Source of the DNA: Octopus sinensis
Taxonomy: Eukaryota
Assembly: GCF_006345805.1 (NCBI RefSeq)
Contig: NC_043004.1
Coordinates: 4,464,001-4,528,000, forward strand
Length of the DNA: 64,000 nucleotides
Reading direction: 5' to 3'
The position numbers and the translations under genes are program-made. The notes under the pieces are model-generated. The model saw only the letters and a list, made by a program, of their open reading frames with translations. It was not told the DNA's origin and did no database searches. This document shows positions 13,027 to 26,000 of this stretch, in pieces (positions within the stretch are counted from its first letter, which is position 1; every line of letters starts with the position of its first letter).

Positions 13027-16000
13027 ATAATAATAATAATAATAATAATAAACGCCCTGATGCAGTACCATGCAGTAGCTTTCATGGCTTCTGATCTTAA
13101 ATGATTGGAAGTGTTATCATGTACATTATTTTGTCTTGGTATAAAAGATGGGCTATAGCAAATACTCTGCTCAATACTACAGATTTGCTTGTCAGTTGTT
13201 TGACCATAACCAGTTGAGCATGTCCCTTAGTGGCTGACGATATGTGCATCTCTGATCTAGAGCAGAAGTAGTGGGGGAGGCATCATAGCCATGTGTTGAG
13301 AGGAATTCTTTGGGGTTTGAATAATTCACCTCTGGAAACATGCATGTTTTGTTCATCATCCTCAAACAACCCTTATTCAGGGACCTTTTGAATGGGATGG
13401 GCTACTCAACCTGAAGATAATTCTAACTGGGTCCCATCTGCAAGGTTATGCGCCATTAATCTTGATATGAGATAGCCATGTCGCACATATGTGGCTGTGA
13501 TGCATGTGCCTGGTGTACCCTTATCAGACGGGTAGTCATGATGGGTATACTGGGCTTCGTATAGTTTACTCACTTTCACTGCACTAATAATAATGAGAAG
13601 AAGAAGAAGAAGAAGAAGAAGAAGAAGAAGAAGAAGAAGAAGAAGAAGAAGAAGAAGAAAGAAGAAGAAGAAGAAGAAGAAGAAGAAGAAGAAGAAGAAG
13701 AAGAAGAAGAAGAAGAAGAAGAAGAAGAAGAAGAAGCTGGTGGTGGTGGTGATGGTGACAGTGATGATGATGATGATGATGATGATTTCCTAACGTTGGA
13801 TAAGGTAATGTATTTTCTGGGAACGAACAGTAAATGAAATCAATCTCAACATTTGGCTGGTTCTTATTTCATTGATCCTAAAAGGATGTAGTTGATGTCT
13901 TACCTGCAGGTGGATGGACCATATTTGCGGCATCCACAAGCAAGTTCTCTAAAGCACGCAATTTCCACAATTCAGTTGGCAGATTAGTTAATTGGTTGTT
14001 GGAGAGGTCAAGAGTTCGGAGGGACGATAAATTGCATAGACTGGTGGGGATTTCTTTTAATTTATTTCCTGCAATACATAAGAAAACATGCATTTGTTAG
14101 AACCATTGACCTAACCAGCAGAAAAACAATACAACATACAATATAATCAATACAGATGCTAACAACTAACTTAGCAATGAGCCTAAAGACTTAGCAATGA
14201 TAGAGACACTAATTAAATTTTTCACAAATCACACCCTGCCATCTTAAAAAAAAAATGTATCACATAAAAAAGAATATGTATACTCTTTACTCTTACTCTT
14301 TTACTTGTTTCAGTCATTTGACTGTGGCCATGCTGGAGCACCGCCTTTAGTCAAGCATATTGACCCCAGGACTTATTCTTTGTAAGCCTAGTACTTATTC
14401 TATCGGTCTCTTTTGCCAAACCGCTATGTTATGGGGATGTAAACACACCAGCATCGGTTGTCAAGCGATGTTGGGGGACAAACACACATATATATACATA
14501 GAAGGGGCTTCTTTCAGTTTCCATTTACCAAATCCACTCATAAGGCTTTGGTCGGCCCAAGGCTATAGTAGAAGACACTTGCCCAAGGTACCATGCAGTG
14601 GGACTGAACCGGGAACCATGTGGTCGGTAAGGAAGCTACTTACCACACAGCCACTCCTATGCCTATATATAACAATATTCCTTTAATATATTTGTGTTTT
14701 AATAATAAATCCATATATACAGCAGTAACATCTATATAAACATATAAAACAGAGTGTTTCATGCAACAACACACACACATGTGAGTATATTCAGAAGCAT
14801 ATTCATCATATCACACAATATACACATTCATAAAAATACATACACCCATGTTTGAGTACACATCTACAAACACACCACATACATCAACTCTTTACCGCAA
14901 ACATAGTTTTCTCTAAAACTCTTAATAAGTAATATTATGTTAAACTCTTTACAGCTGTTTCTGAGGTAGGTGTTCACTAGTTGTAGTTTTGCGCATTGTA
15001 TTTACATAAGCATAAGGTACATTGGTGCAAGTTACTGTATATGAACAACATAAATCAATGAAAATTTTTTAATCACAAAACAAAAATAAAAAAATTAATA
15101 ACAACCAACAAGAAAAATTACCTTTGAGATTTAAAGACTGTAAAAACTTTAAATTTCCAATGGACTCTGGGATTTTCTTCAACTTGTTGCCTTCTAAATT
15201 TAAAACCTAGAAGAGAGTGAGAAAGAAATATGATTTAGTAGATTATTTCAGAGCAAGACCAAATAAATAAATGAAATTCTATGCTCTATGGTGTGTTCAG
15301 GTCTGCCTCAAAGCAACAGAGTCAACCATTATACAGCAGAAGTTCTTTTTCAGATTTTCTTTCAAGTTAGATTTCTATATAATGCTACCATAGCTTTATG
15401 TATATGTAGCTTCAGGTGATGAGATGGCAGAATCTATAGCATGCTGGGAAAAAATGCTTAGTGGCATTTTGTCTGTATTTATGTTCTGATTTCAAATTCT
15501 GCTGAGGTTGACTTTGTCTTTCAACCTTTCAGGGTTGATAAAATAAGTACCAGTTGAACATTGGGGTCGATGTAATTGACTTAAGCCCTCCACTGCGCTT
15601 GCTGGCCTTGTGCCAAATTTTGAAGCTAATATGTATAAGTAGCTTAATTTCTGCCTTTGTAATTAAGCAACTAAGTAAATGAAAAAAATTGCTGATTATA
15701 TCAAGTTTCCCAATAATGAGGCCATTTTTCTAGCACTAACACACAAACCAATGCCAACTGCAGCACCTTCCAGACTGTGAAGTATGGTATTAGCCTCAGC
15801 ATTTGTATCTCACATTAAGACTAATTCATGAGCATATTTATTCTGCATCTGTTATTGTGAAGGCTGGATATCTGGAACTTCTTGATTTTGTGAGGGTAAA
15901 GCCATATTCCTTGTATTCTACTGAGCTGCAGAGGACAGTTAAGAGAATAAAAAGAAAAGTGCAAGGTTGTCTCTTTGTAAAACATCAATAAGTAGATAGT

Positions 16001-19000
16001 TAGAAAATTCTGTGGCCCCATCAGGTAAGTGCATTTTAGCTCAAGTGTTTTTGTAGAACATCACTACTGTATCTCCCCTTTCTCAGAGGATTCCGTAGGC
16101 TAGCCAAAATATTTTGCACTTTATCTCTGATTCTTTCAACTGAACACTAACCAAAAGCTTTGAAACTATGTTGGGGTGGCACCAACATGTGTACACTACA
16201 TTATCATCGTTTAACATCCGCTTTCCATGCTGGCATGGGTTGGATGGTTTGACTGATGACTGGTGAGCCAGAGGCTGCACCAGGCTCAATCTGATCTGGC
16301 AAAGTTTCTACAGCTTGATGCCCTTCCTAATGTCAACCACTCTGAGAGTGTAGTGGGTGCTTTTACATGTCACCGGCATGAGGGCCAGTCAGGCAGTTCT
16401 GACAACAACCATGCTCAAAAGGTGTTTTTTACATGCTACCTGCATGGGATCCAGTTCAGCGGCACTGGCAATGACCACGCTCAAATGTTGTCTTTCACAT
16501 GCCACCGACATATGTGCTGGTAAGGCAACGCTGGCAACGATCACACTTGAATGGTGCTTTCCATGTGCCACCAGCATGGGAGCCAATCTGTGGTGCTATT
16601 TATAATGTACCTAGGAAAGAAAACATCACCAAGGGAAGATACAATAAACTTCTTAAAGTAGCAAACATCATTAGAAAAAAACAGAGGTGACTTTGCTGAG
16701 CAGTGCTGGACACATAAGGAGGAGTTACTAAGTTGAGAACTTCCAATGGACACCTCAAAATAGTCATATATGCAATGACCAACTTGCAAAAACGTATGTC
16801 AATTAGTTTACATATGATACAGGATGTCACTGAGAAAAGCCACCATATGGCATGGAAGACAAGAGATGGGTGGAGGATCAGAAGCATGAGAACGCAAGCA
16901 AGCTCAACCTGATCCCAGTGATGATTATTGTGTGTTACATAATTTTTTAGTAAAAACTACTTGCTAAATCTATGCCACCAGATGATTTAACCTGGATATC
17001 AACTAAAGCATAAATAATGTAAATGAGAAATGGCATGCATGGTCCTCATTTCACTGGAGCTGTTGAAATCCAATTAGACTGAAATTGTCACCTGTATGTA
17101 TTTGGACTAACACCAAAATTATTTTGGAACAATGCTGAATATACTCTCTTACACCTGAATACCAAACTATTTGAGTAAACCTTCTATATGATTTAGTTTG
17201 TGTGCATGACACAAATTTCTCAAATGGCACAATGCCAATTTTGTAAACCGACCTTATGTGTTACAATAACACTATTATGATAAATACAGCTGCTCAAGAA
17301 GCTAGAAATACCAGCCAAATCTCTTTTTAATTATATCCTGCCATCTAATGAACACATTAGATAAAGAAGTACTAGATATCTTTAAAAGGATGGGATGGTC
17401 ACAGCTGAAATACTTTTTGATTATAGGTCTGTTCTGTTACAGTTCACCTGGGGCTTAACAGCAACATAAAGAATATTATAATGTAATCATTCATATTCCT
17501 TAAAAGACAACAGCAACATTTCTATTTACCTGTAAGCTGCGGACCTGGTCAATATTTTCTGGTAGATGTTTGATAGAATTATTGTGTGCATCAAGTACCT
17601 GGGAGTAAATGGCAAAGAAGATAAACAATTAGATACACATATGATATATATATATGAACAATTCAAACATTCAAATCAATGATGGAACCTTTACATGGTC
17701 ATTCAATCTGTTTGAAAAAGCAAAGAAATTCCCTCAAATCATATCCGGCTATCTATTTTTTTAAAAAAAGGAAGAAAACTGAGAACATTGTAGTGAAGGA
17801 TATATATACCCTTTTACTCTTTTACTTGTTTCAGTCATTGACTGTGGCCATACTGGAGCACCGCCTTTAGTCAAGCAAATCAACCCCAGAACTTATTCTT
17901 CGTAAGTCTAGTACTTATTCTATCAGTCTCTTTTGCCGAACCGCTAAGTTACGGGGACGTAAACACACCAGCATTGGTTGTCAAGCGATGTTGGAGGGAC
18001 AAACATAGATACACACATACATATATATACATATATACGACAGGCTTCTTTCAGTTTCTGCCTACCAAATCCACTCACAAGGCTTTGGTCAGCCCGAGGC
18101 TATAGTAGAAGACACTTGCCCGGAACCATGTGGTTGGTAAGCAAGCTACTTACCACACAGCCACTCCTGCGCCTATGTATAAATGTATAAAATAGATGGT
18201 TATTGTTAGAATATTTTTGACCATAGATCCACTTGATCAGGACTGACTCGGGGCTAAACAACAACAATTTAAACATAGCTCTTCACTTAAACATGCTTGG
18301 CTAAATCCAAAATTTCTGAGAGCTTGTCATGTTAGCGAAAGAAAGGGATGTACAATTTTTCCCTTCAAAATGCAGAGTAGTTCTTGTGGAATGTTAGAGA
18401 ATTAGTTACGAGTGAATGAGCATTAAGGAAATAGATCTCTCTATTTGTGTGTCAGGATGTTGACAGAAGTAAAGTGTTGAGTGAAAGATCACATGAGAGC
18501 CAGCATCACTACATAATGTTATGGATGATGGCAGGAGAGAATCATCATCATCATCATTTGATGTCTGCTTTCCCTGTTGGCATGGGTTGAACAGTTTGAC
18601 AAGATCTGGTGAGCCACAGGGCCATGTCAAGCTTCAATGAAAGCTCTGGCATGTTTTCTACAGTTGGATACCCTTCCCAATGTCGACCACCCTACAATGT
18701 GTATACTGGGTGCTTTGTTTTTATGCCACCAGCACAAGTGGGATCACTAAGTTGCAAAACAATAAAAGAATAGAAAAGGAAAAAAGATCTTATGATTTAA
18801 GTGAGGAAGGAGTATTAGAAATGGGGAAGGGGCTGAATGTCAGGTTTGAGAGACTAAAATATAATAGAGGGACACACAGAGGTATCTTGCTATAGAAGAG
18901 ATACATGGCTACCCCACATCATATAAGGCTGAGTAATGGTAAGTGTAGTAGAAGTGTGTTGGATATCTATCCAGTCATACTGCTTGCACAGATTCCCATG

Positions 19001-19674
19001 ACTCTCTGTTGTGATTCATCCAATTTTATTATTTGAATTGGGAGCTTGAGTCACAATGAGTCTTTCATTAGCTGATTACACAACCATGGATGCCACCCCT
19101 ATATATGCACTGCAGTTATTCTCTTGATAGAGCTTGGTCTTCTAGGATTCCTCTGCTCAGCATCAATATAAGAATGAATCAGTTTATCTCTTTCACTGCC
19201 TCTTCACAATCTACAGTGCTGCAGTCCCATGACTTCACTGTACCCTTGGCAGGATAGCTGAATGAGTGCTATGTTATACCAAAGGGCAGCCTATAAGTAT
19301 GTAGGACATGGTTGTGACTCTGGTGGGTATTTTCAAAGTACCCACGTTGGATATTAAATAGATGCAATGTGTAGGTGTGTTTTTTATTTTTATCGGATGG
19401 TGCACGTAAAAAGCACCATCCGATCGTGGCTGTTGCCAGCCTCGCCTGGCCCCCATGCCGGTGGCACATAAAAAGCACCATCCGATCGTGGCCGTTTGCC
19501 AGCCTTGTCTGGCACATAAAAAGCACCCACTACACTCACGGAGTGGTTGGCGTTAGGAAGGGCATCCAGCCGCAGAAACATTGCCAGATCAGACTGGGCC
19601 TAGTTGCTGCCTTCTGGCTTCCCAGACCCCAGTTGAACCGTCCAACCCATGCTAGCATGGAAAGCGGATGCTAA

Positions 19675-19706
<32 letters not shown>

Positions 19707-22700
19707 ATTTCCCTGAGCCCTATTTCAATGTGCTTCCTGTACATGTATTTGACAAGCTGTTTTACTCAAGGAATGGTGGAAATCCTTGACATTTCTAACC
19801 AACAATCAAAGTCATGTAACTTTCCATCACTTTGTGCCAAGTTATGGGAAGTTAGAGTATGAATACAGGGTCAGAAATAGGTGTCATGGAGTAAAGGAGA
19901 TACATGGTTATATCTTTTAATATTATTTTTAGTAGTAGTACAATACGGTTTTCTTAAGCTACAAACTATATCACAAGTATTGTACACTAAAAATTAATTG
20001 ATATGGATTATGAATTTCAAGAATTGCAAGTTATTAAAACTGGCGTTAGGAAGGGCATTGGCGTTAGGAAGGACATCCAGCCGTAGAAACACTGCCAGAT
20101 TTGACTGGGCCTGATGAAGCCTTCTGGCTTCACAGACCCCAGTAGAACCGTCCAACCCATGCTAGCATGGAAAACGGACGCTAAACGATGATGATGATGA
20201 TGAAAATGTGAAGGTATAGAAATTCAGTTGGATTCACAGAAACTCTAGGCCAAGAGCTACAGTACACATACACTCTCTCTCTCTCTCACCACATACATTA
20301 TAAACAAAAGATATGAAAGTATGACTTACCCGAATTTTTACCAAATCACTCATTCCACAATCACCAGCTTTTAGAGACGTTAACCAATTATCATGAAGCA
20401 ACAAAATCTGAAGTGATAAAAATATTCTTTTAGAAAGTAAAAACAAAAAAAAATCTAAATACAACTTGGGAAATGCATCAATACAATAAAGTTTTTTTTT
20501 TCATTCAATCTATAACTGACACTCAAAGCAAGATAATGAGGGAAGTTCAATGCATGAAATAGCAGCCAAGTCTCCTGCAAATTACACTCTACTATGCAAA
20601 AAAAAAGGGAGGACACATTGAACAGTAGTTTTGATAGCACTGTGGAATGGTCAGAGGCAGAATGTCTCTAATCATACATCAACTAAATCAGGGCTGACAA
20701 AAGATTAAAACAACAACTAAATCCAAATTGACATATTCTAATGATTACTTAAGCTCTGCCTCAGTATTGAACCTCTGGCTATTGAAGGAAAGTCGACCTT
20801 GCAGCTTTTTCTCAGATTTTGCTACATCATGTCATATGCTTCCCTAAGGGGAATGCCTTACCCTCCCAGGTCTTGTCGATTTTTTGCAACCTTATATTTT
20901 TCTAAGTAGCGGTGTTGGCCCTATGCAAACCCACTTTTGGTGGTCCATAGTGGTTTGGCCTACATTCTTTAACCTGTCCAGCATGGGAAGCCCTACCAAG
21001 ATCTTGCCCTCTGCTAGTATAGCTCTCATGAAGGACATGCCACCACAACCACAACAAAGATGTTCGCTGGGAATGTAAACATGATGACATTGGGGGTTTT
21101 TTTGTGGCTCAGATGGTATCTTGAGAAAGAGCAGGAATGACAACTTCCTGCACACTCACAAATACACAGACACACACACATATAAATAACAGGCTTCCAT
21201 ACAGTTTTTATCTATGAATCCCACTCACAAGGCATCAGTTGGTCCAAAGCTTTTGTAGAAGACAACAACCCAAAGTGCTATTCAGTCTAACTGAACATGA
21301 GTCTTAGACATTTATCTTCCACTTGTTTCAGTCATTGAACTATGGCCATGCTGGAGCATTGCCCTAAAGGTTTTAGTTCAGTAGTTCTCAACCACTTTTT
21401 TGCCGATAGACCCACTCCCCCCGATCCTTATTTTACTCAGCAGGACTTCCAAAATCATTTGATGTATATAGAAAAAAATCCGACTGTATTTTTATAATTA
21501 AATATAACTCATTTACTCTTTTATGTGTTTCAGTCATTTGACTGTGGCCATGCTGGAGCACTGCCTTGAAGGGTTTTAGTTGAACAAATCAACCACAGAA
21601 CTTATTTTTTAAGCCTAGTACTTATTCTTTCAGTCTCTTTTGCTGAACTGCTAAATTACGGGGACATAAACACACCAACACCAGTTGTCAAGCAGTTATA
21701 GGAGAGGGACAAATACAGACACATAATGACAGGCTTCTTTCAGTTTTCGTCTACCAAAAGCTTTGGTTGGCTCAAGGCTATAGTAGAAGGCACTTGCCTG
21801 AGGTACCACACAGTGGGACTGAACTTGGAACCATGTGGTTGGGAAGCAAGTTTCTTACCACACAGCCACGCCTGCACCTATTATTAGGAATTGCATAAAA
21901 AGTCATATATTGTAGAATTATTACCAATTTATTGCACATAAATTTTAACAACAACATCATATGTGGACCTTGATTGAGAATCACTACACTCCCAGTACTT
22001 ATTTGAAGTTTGGCACTTATTCTATCAGTCTCTTTTGCTGAACTGCTAAGTTACAGGGACATAAAAGGAAACCAGTTATTAAGTGATGATGGAGAATAAA
22101 CAAACAGACACACACACACACACATATATATATGATGAGCTTCCACATAGTTTCCATCAGCCAAAATCACTTGCTAGGCATTGGTTGATCCAGTGCTATA
22201 GTAGAAGACACTAGCCCGTGGTGCTGCACAGAAGGGCTGAACCCAAAATTATATAGTGGCAAAGCAAGCGTCTTAACCACACAGCCATGCCTGTACCTAT
22301 ATTAAAAGGGTTGAGAAAGGACAGTAAAACGGACACATTGGACAATGTGTCCTAGATACACATAGCCTAAAAATTCTACCTGTTTCATATTCAAACCAAC
22401 CAGATCCATGTCATTCTAAAAATAAACAATCACACTGTGGAAATCACAAAGCTATGAGACAATGCATGTGTCTAACACACGTGGGCATGTCTACAAAGTC
22501 AGAAAACAGCACAGCTCCCATGACTCAGAGACACGTTTTCACATTCAGAGTTGCTGAAGCATGGAACAAACTACCTGCATCAGTTGTCAGTTGCCCAGAC
22601 ACTGCATCCTCTAAAATCTCCAAGCTTCCTGAAATTCACTCATGCTACACTTGATATCTCCACTCTATATGCATACACACGTGTATATCATGACTCATAC

Positions 22701-22994
22701 TCTGTTCACTTTCCTGATTTTTGTATGTAATTCTATGTACTGTACATCTACCTTTGATGAGTGTAGCGCACCTGAGCACTATATTGTTTTATTTGTTTCA
22801 GTCATTTGACTGTGGCCATGCTGGTGTACTGCCTTTAGTCGAGCAAATTGACCCCAGGACTTATTCTTTGTAAGCCTAGTACCTATTCTATTGGTTTCTC
22901 TTGCTGAACCACTAAGTGACAGGGACATAAGCACACCAGCATCAGTTGTCAAGCGATGTTGGGGGTACAAACACAGATACACAAACATATACAT

Positions 22995-23044
<50 letters not shown>

Positions 23045-26000
23045 GACGGGCTTCTTTCAGTTTCCGTCTACCAAATCCACTCACAAGGCTTTGGTCAGCC
23101 CGAGGCTATAGTAGAAGACACTTGCCCAAGGTGCCGCGCAGTGGGACTGAACCCGGAACCATGTGGTTGGTAAGCAAGCTACTTACCACACAGCCACTCC
23201 TGCGCCTATACACAGTAATTTCATTATTATATAATTAATTAAAAAGAATAGTAATAAATAAGTATTACGTTTGACAGAGTAATCTGAATGCTGAAGGCCT
23301 AGTCATAGGTCAGCTGAAAGCAGGGCTGATCTGAGCTAAACAGCAATAGCAAATATAGTAACAACTTTACTCAATATTTCTTTAAGCTGATCAAATCATG
23401 TCTTACCTCTTTGTTCAGGACTTTACAGAGAGAGAACACATTGGAAGGGATCTGGAAATAGACATTATAAGAATCAGAATGGTGTTTTATTATTATTATA
23501 ATTATTATCATTGCTAATTTTTTTATCATTTACACTAGGCAGCAGGCCCGAAATTCTTGGGAAGAAGGCCAGTCGATTAGATCGACCCCAGTATGAAACT
23601 GGTACTTAATTTATCGATCGTGAAAGGAATGAAAAGCAAAGTTGGATGGTGAGGAGAAGGAGAAAGAAGGGGAAAGGGGGAAGAGGGGAGAAAGAAGTGG
23701 AGGAAGAAGGGGAGAAAGAAGAGGAGGAAGAGTGGAGGGGGTTGAAAAAGAGGGGACAAAGAAGAAAAAGAGGAGAGGATGAAAAGGAGGGGACAAAACA
23801 GAAGAGGAGGAGATGAAAAAGAAGAAGGGGGAACATAGAAGAGGGGAGAAAGAAGGAGGGGAACGAAGAAGACTAGGTAGGGATGTAGAAGAGGACAAAG
23901 AAAAGGAGGAGATATAGAAGAGGAGGAGGGAATGAAGAAAAGAAGGAAGGAGAAAGAGGGGAGGCAAAAGAGGAGACGAAGAGGAGGGAATTAAAAAGAT
24001 AAGGAAGGAGAAAGAGGAGGAGGAGAAGTAACCATTGTTGCTGTCACATTTTTTCTATCATCATTACTGTTATCCCTATTGTCACTACCAACATATTTGC
24101 ACATAATCTTCATCATCATCATAACTATACTCATCACCATTATCTTCAAAGTCATAGTTACCACTGCCACCACCGCCACTGCCACCACCATCACCATCAT
24201 CACTGTCCTTATTAATATCACCCATCATCAGATAATGTTTATTTCTGTTCACATTGATTTTTTTTTTTTATGCTACTGAATTCCTGCTAGTATTAATAGT
24301 CACCATAGCAACCAACTGTAACATGAAATGTCATTATAACAGCCTAGGCCACTGCAACAAAAACAACAACAGTACAAACTTTTTGCCTGTAAACTCAAAG
24401 TGACATTAATAACTGGACAATTGTCAGTAATGAAGTTATCATCATCATCACTATTTCAGTGGTGCCAGATAATGTGTTTACTATATTCATCAGTTCACTT
24501 ATTATTATTTTCCCAACATCTGACACCTCTGTATGCCTTAAGAAATATTAGAACATTGCCTTACACATTTTTACATTATTGGTTAATATTGTTGTGTAGA
24601 CCCACTTGAAATCATCAGTGGTTTTCAGTTGGTGCCTCATGGTGCATTAGTGTGCCACAAGGGGTATATAGGTATAATTTAGATTTTTAAAAACATCATT
24701 TAAGGCTTTGGAAAAATCTGTACTTGAACGTCTTGAAAAATATAATATTCATAATTTTGTTACATGCAAGTATCTTTTATCTTTTACTTGTTTCAGTCAT
24801 TAAACTGTGGCCATGGTGGGTAGTTATTGCCTCCGTGAGGCCCAACATTCCTTTTGATTGTTGGGCCTCATGGAGGCAATAGCCAAGACCTTTGGCATTA
24901 TGTCGTGCTTGAGAAGAAGACCCATGAAGCCAAGCAAAATCGCAGTCATGGCAGATACCAGTGTCATGCAAATTGGTACGTAAACACACCCATTACACTC
25001 TCGGAAATCCATGCCAAATCAGACTGGAGACTGGTGCAGCTTTCCAGTGTACCAGCCCAGTCAAACCGTCCAACCCATGCCAGCATGGACAACAGATGTT
25101 GGGCAAAAGCCTCATGTTATTATCATTATCATATCATCATCATCATTTAACATCCGTTTTCCATGATAGCATGGGTTGGATGGTTTGATCGGGATCTGGG
25201 AAGCTAGGAGGCTGCACCAGGCTCCAGTCTGATCTGGCAGTGTTTCTACAGCTGGATGCCCTTCCTAATGCCAAGCACTCTGAGAGTGTAGTAGGTGCTT
25301 TTTATGTGCCAACGGCCACGGAAGTCACTCAAGGCGGCGCTGGCATATATATATATATATATATACGGCAGACTTCTTTCAGTTTCCCTCTCTATCAAAT
25401 CCACTCCAAGGCTATACTAGAAGACACTTGCCCAAGCTGCCATGCGGTGGGACTGAACCCAGAACCATGTGGTTGGAAAGAAAGCTTCTTAACCTCACAG
25501 TCACACCTGTGCCTATAATTAACAAAATAAAGATAAGCGATAGTTTTGAACATCTTTTCTAAATTTTGAATTTTAAAATAGTTTACTATAGGAAAAGTAT
25601 CAATAGTTTTTGTTTGGTCTAAGGTATGTCATGTAGTCCAAAAAAAAAAAAAGTTGATGGAAAATGATTCATATCAAGTAAATTTAGAGCACAAAGGTAA
25701 CTGATCAGATAAATTGCTTTCTTCTGGCAGCAGATCTTAGTTTGTACAGCTACATGCGGTGATTTATCATATTGGAGATATGTGTGTGACAGTTTGAGCA
25801 TTTTCCTTTCTCGCTGTCAGTTATTTACTGGAGCAGAACAGTGGTTATTTTAGCAGGCAAAGTATTTTATGGAATTCAATGTGTTTCGACATAAATAGTA
25901 GCTTGTCATGGTACAGATTGTATCAAAGACAACAGTTTCAATGCTTGGTGCTGTTCCTATTCTTATGAATCATCATTATCATTTATCATCTGTTTTCCAT

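Noticed and set aside
13593-13793. Poly-Arg/Lys ORF
   Set aside because: Translation of the (GAA)n microsatellite.
14945-14970. GAAACAGCTGTA half-hammerhead on the minus strand
   Set aside because: No CUGANGA or stem II upstream; at most a fragment.
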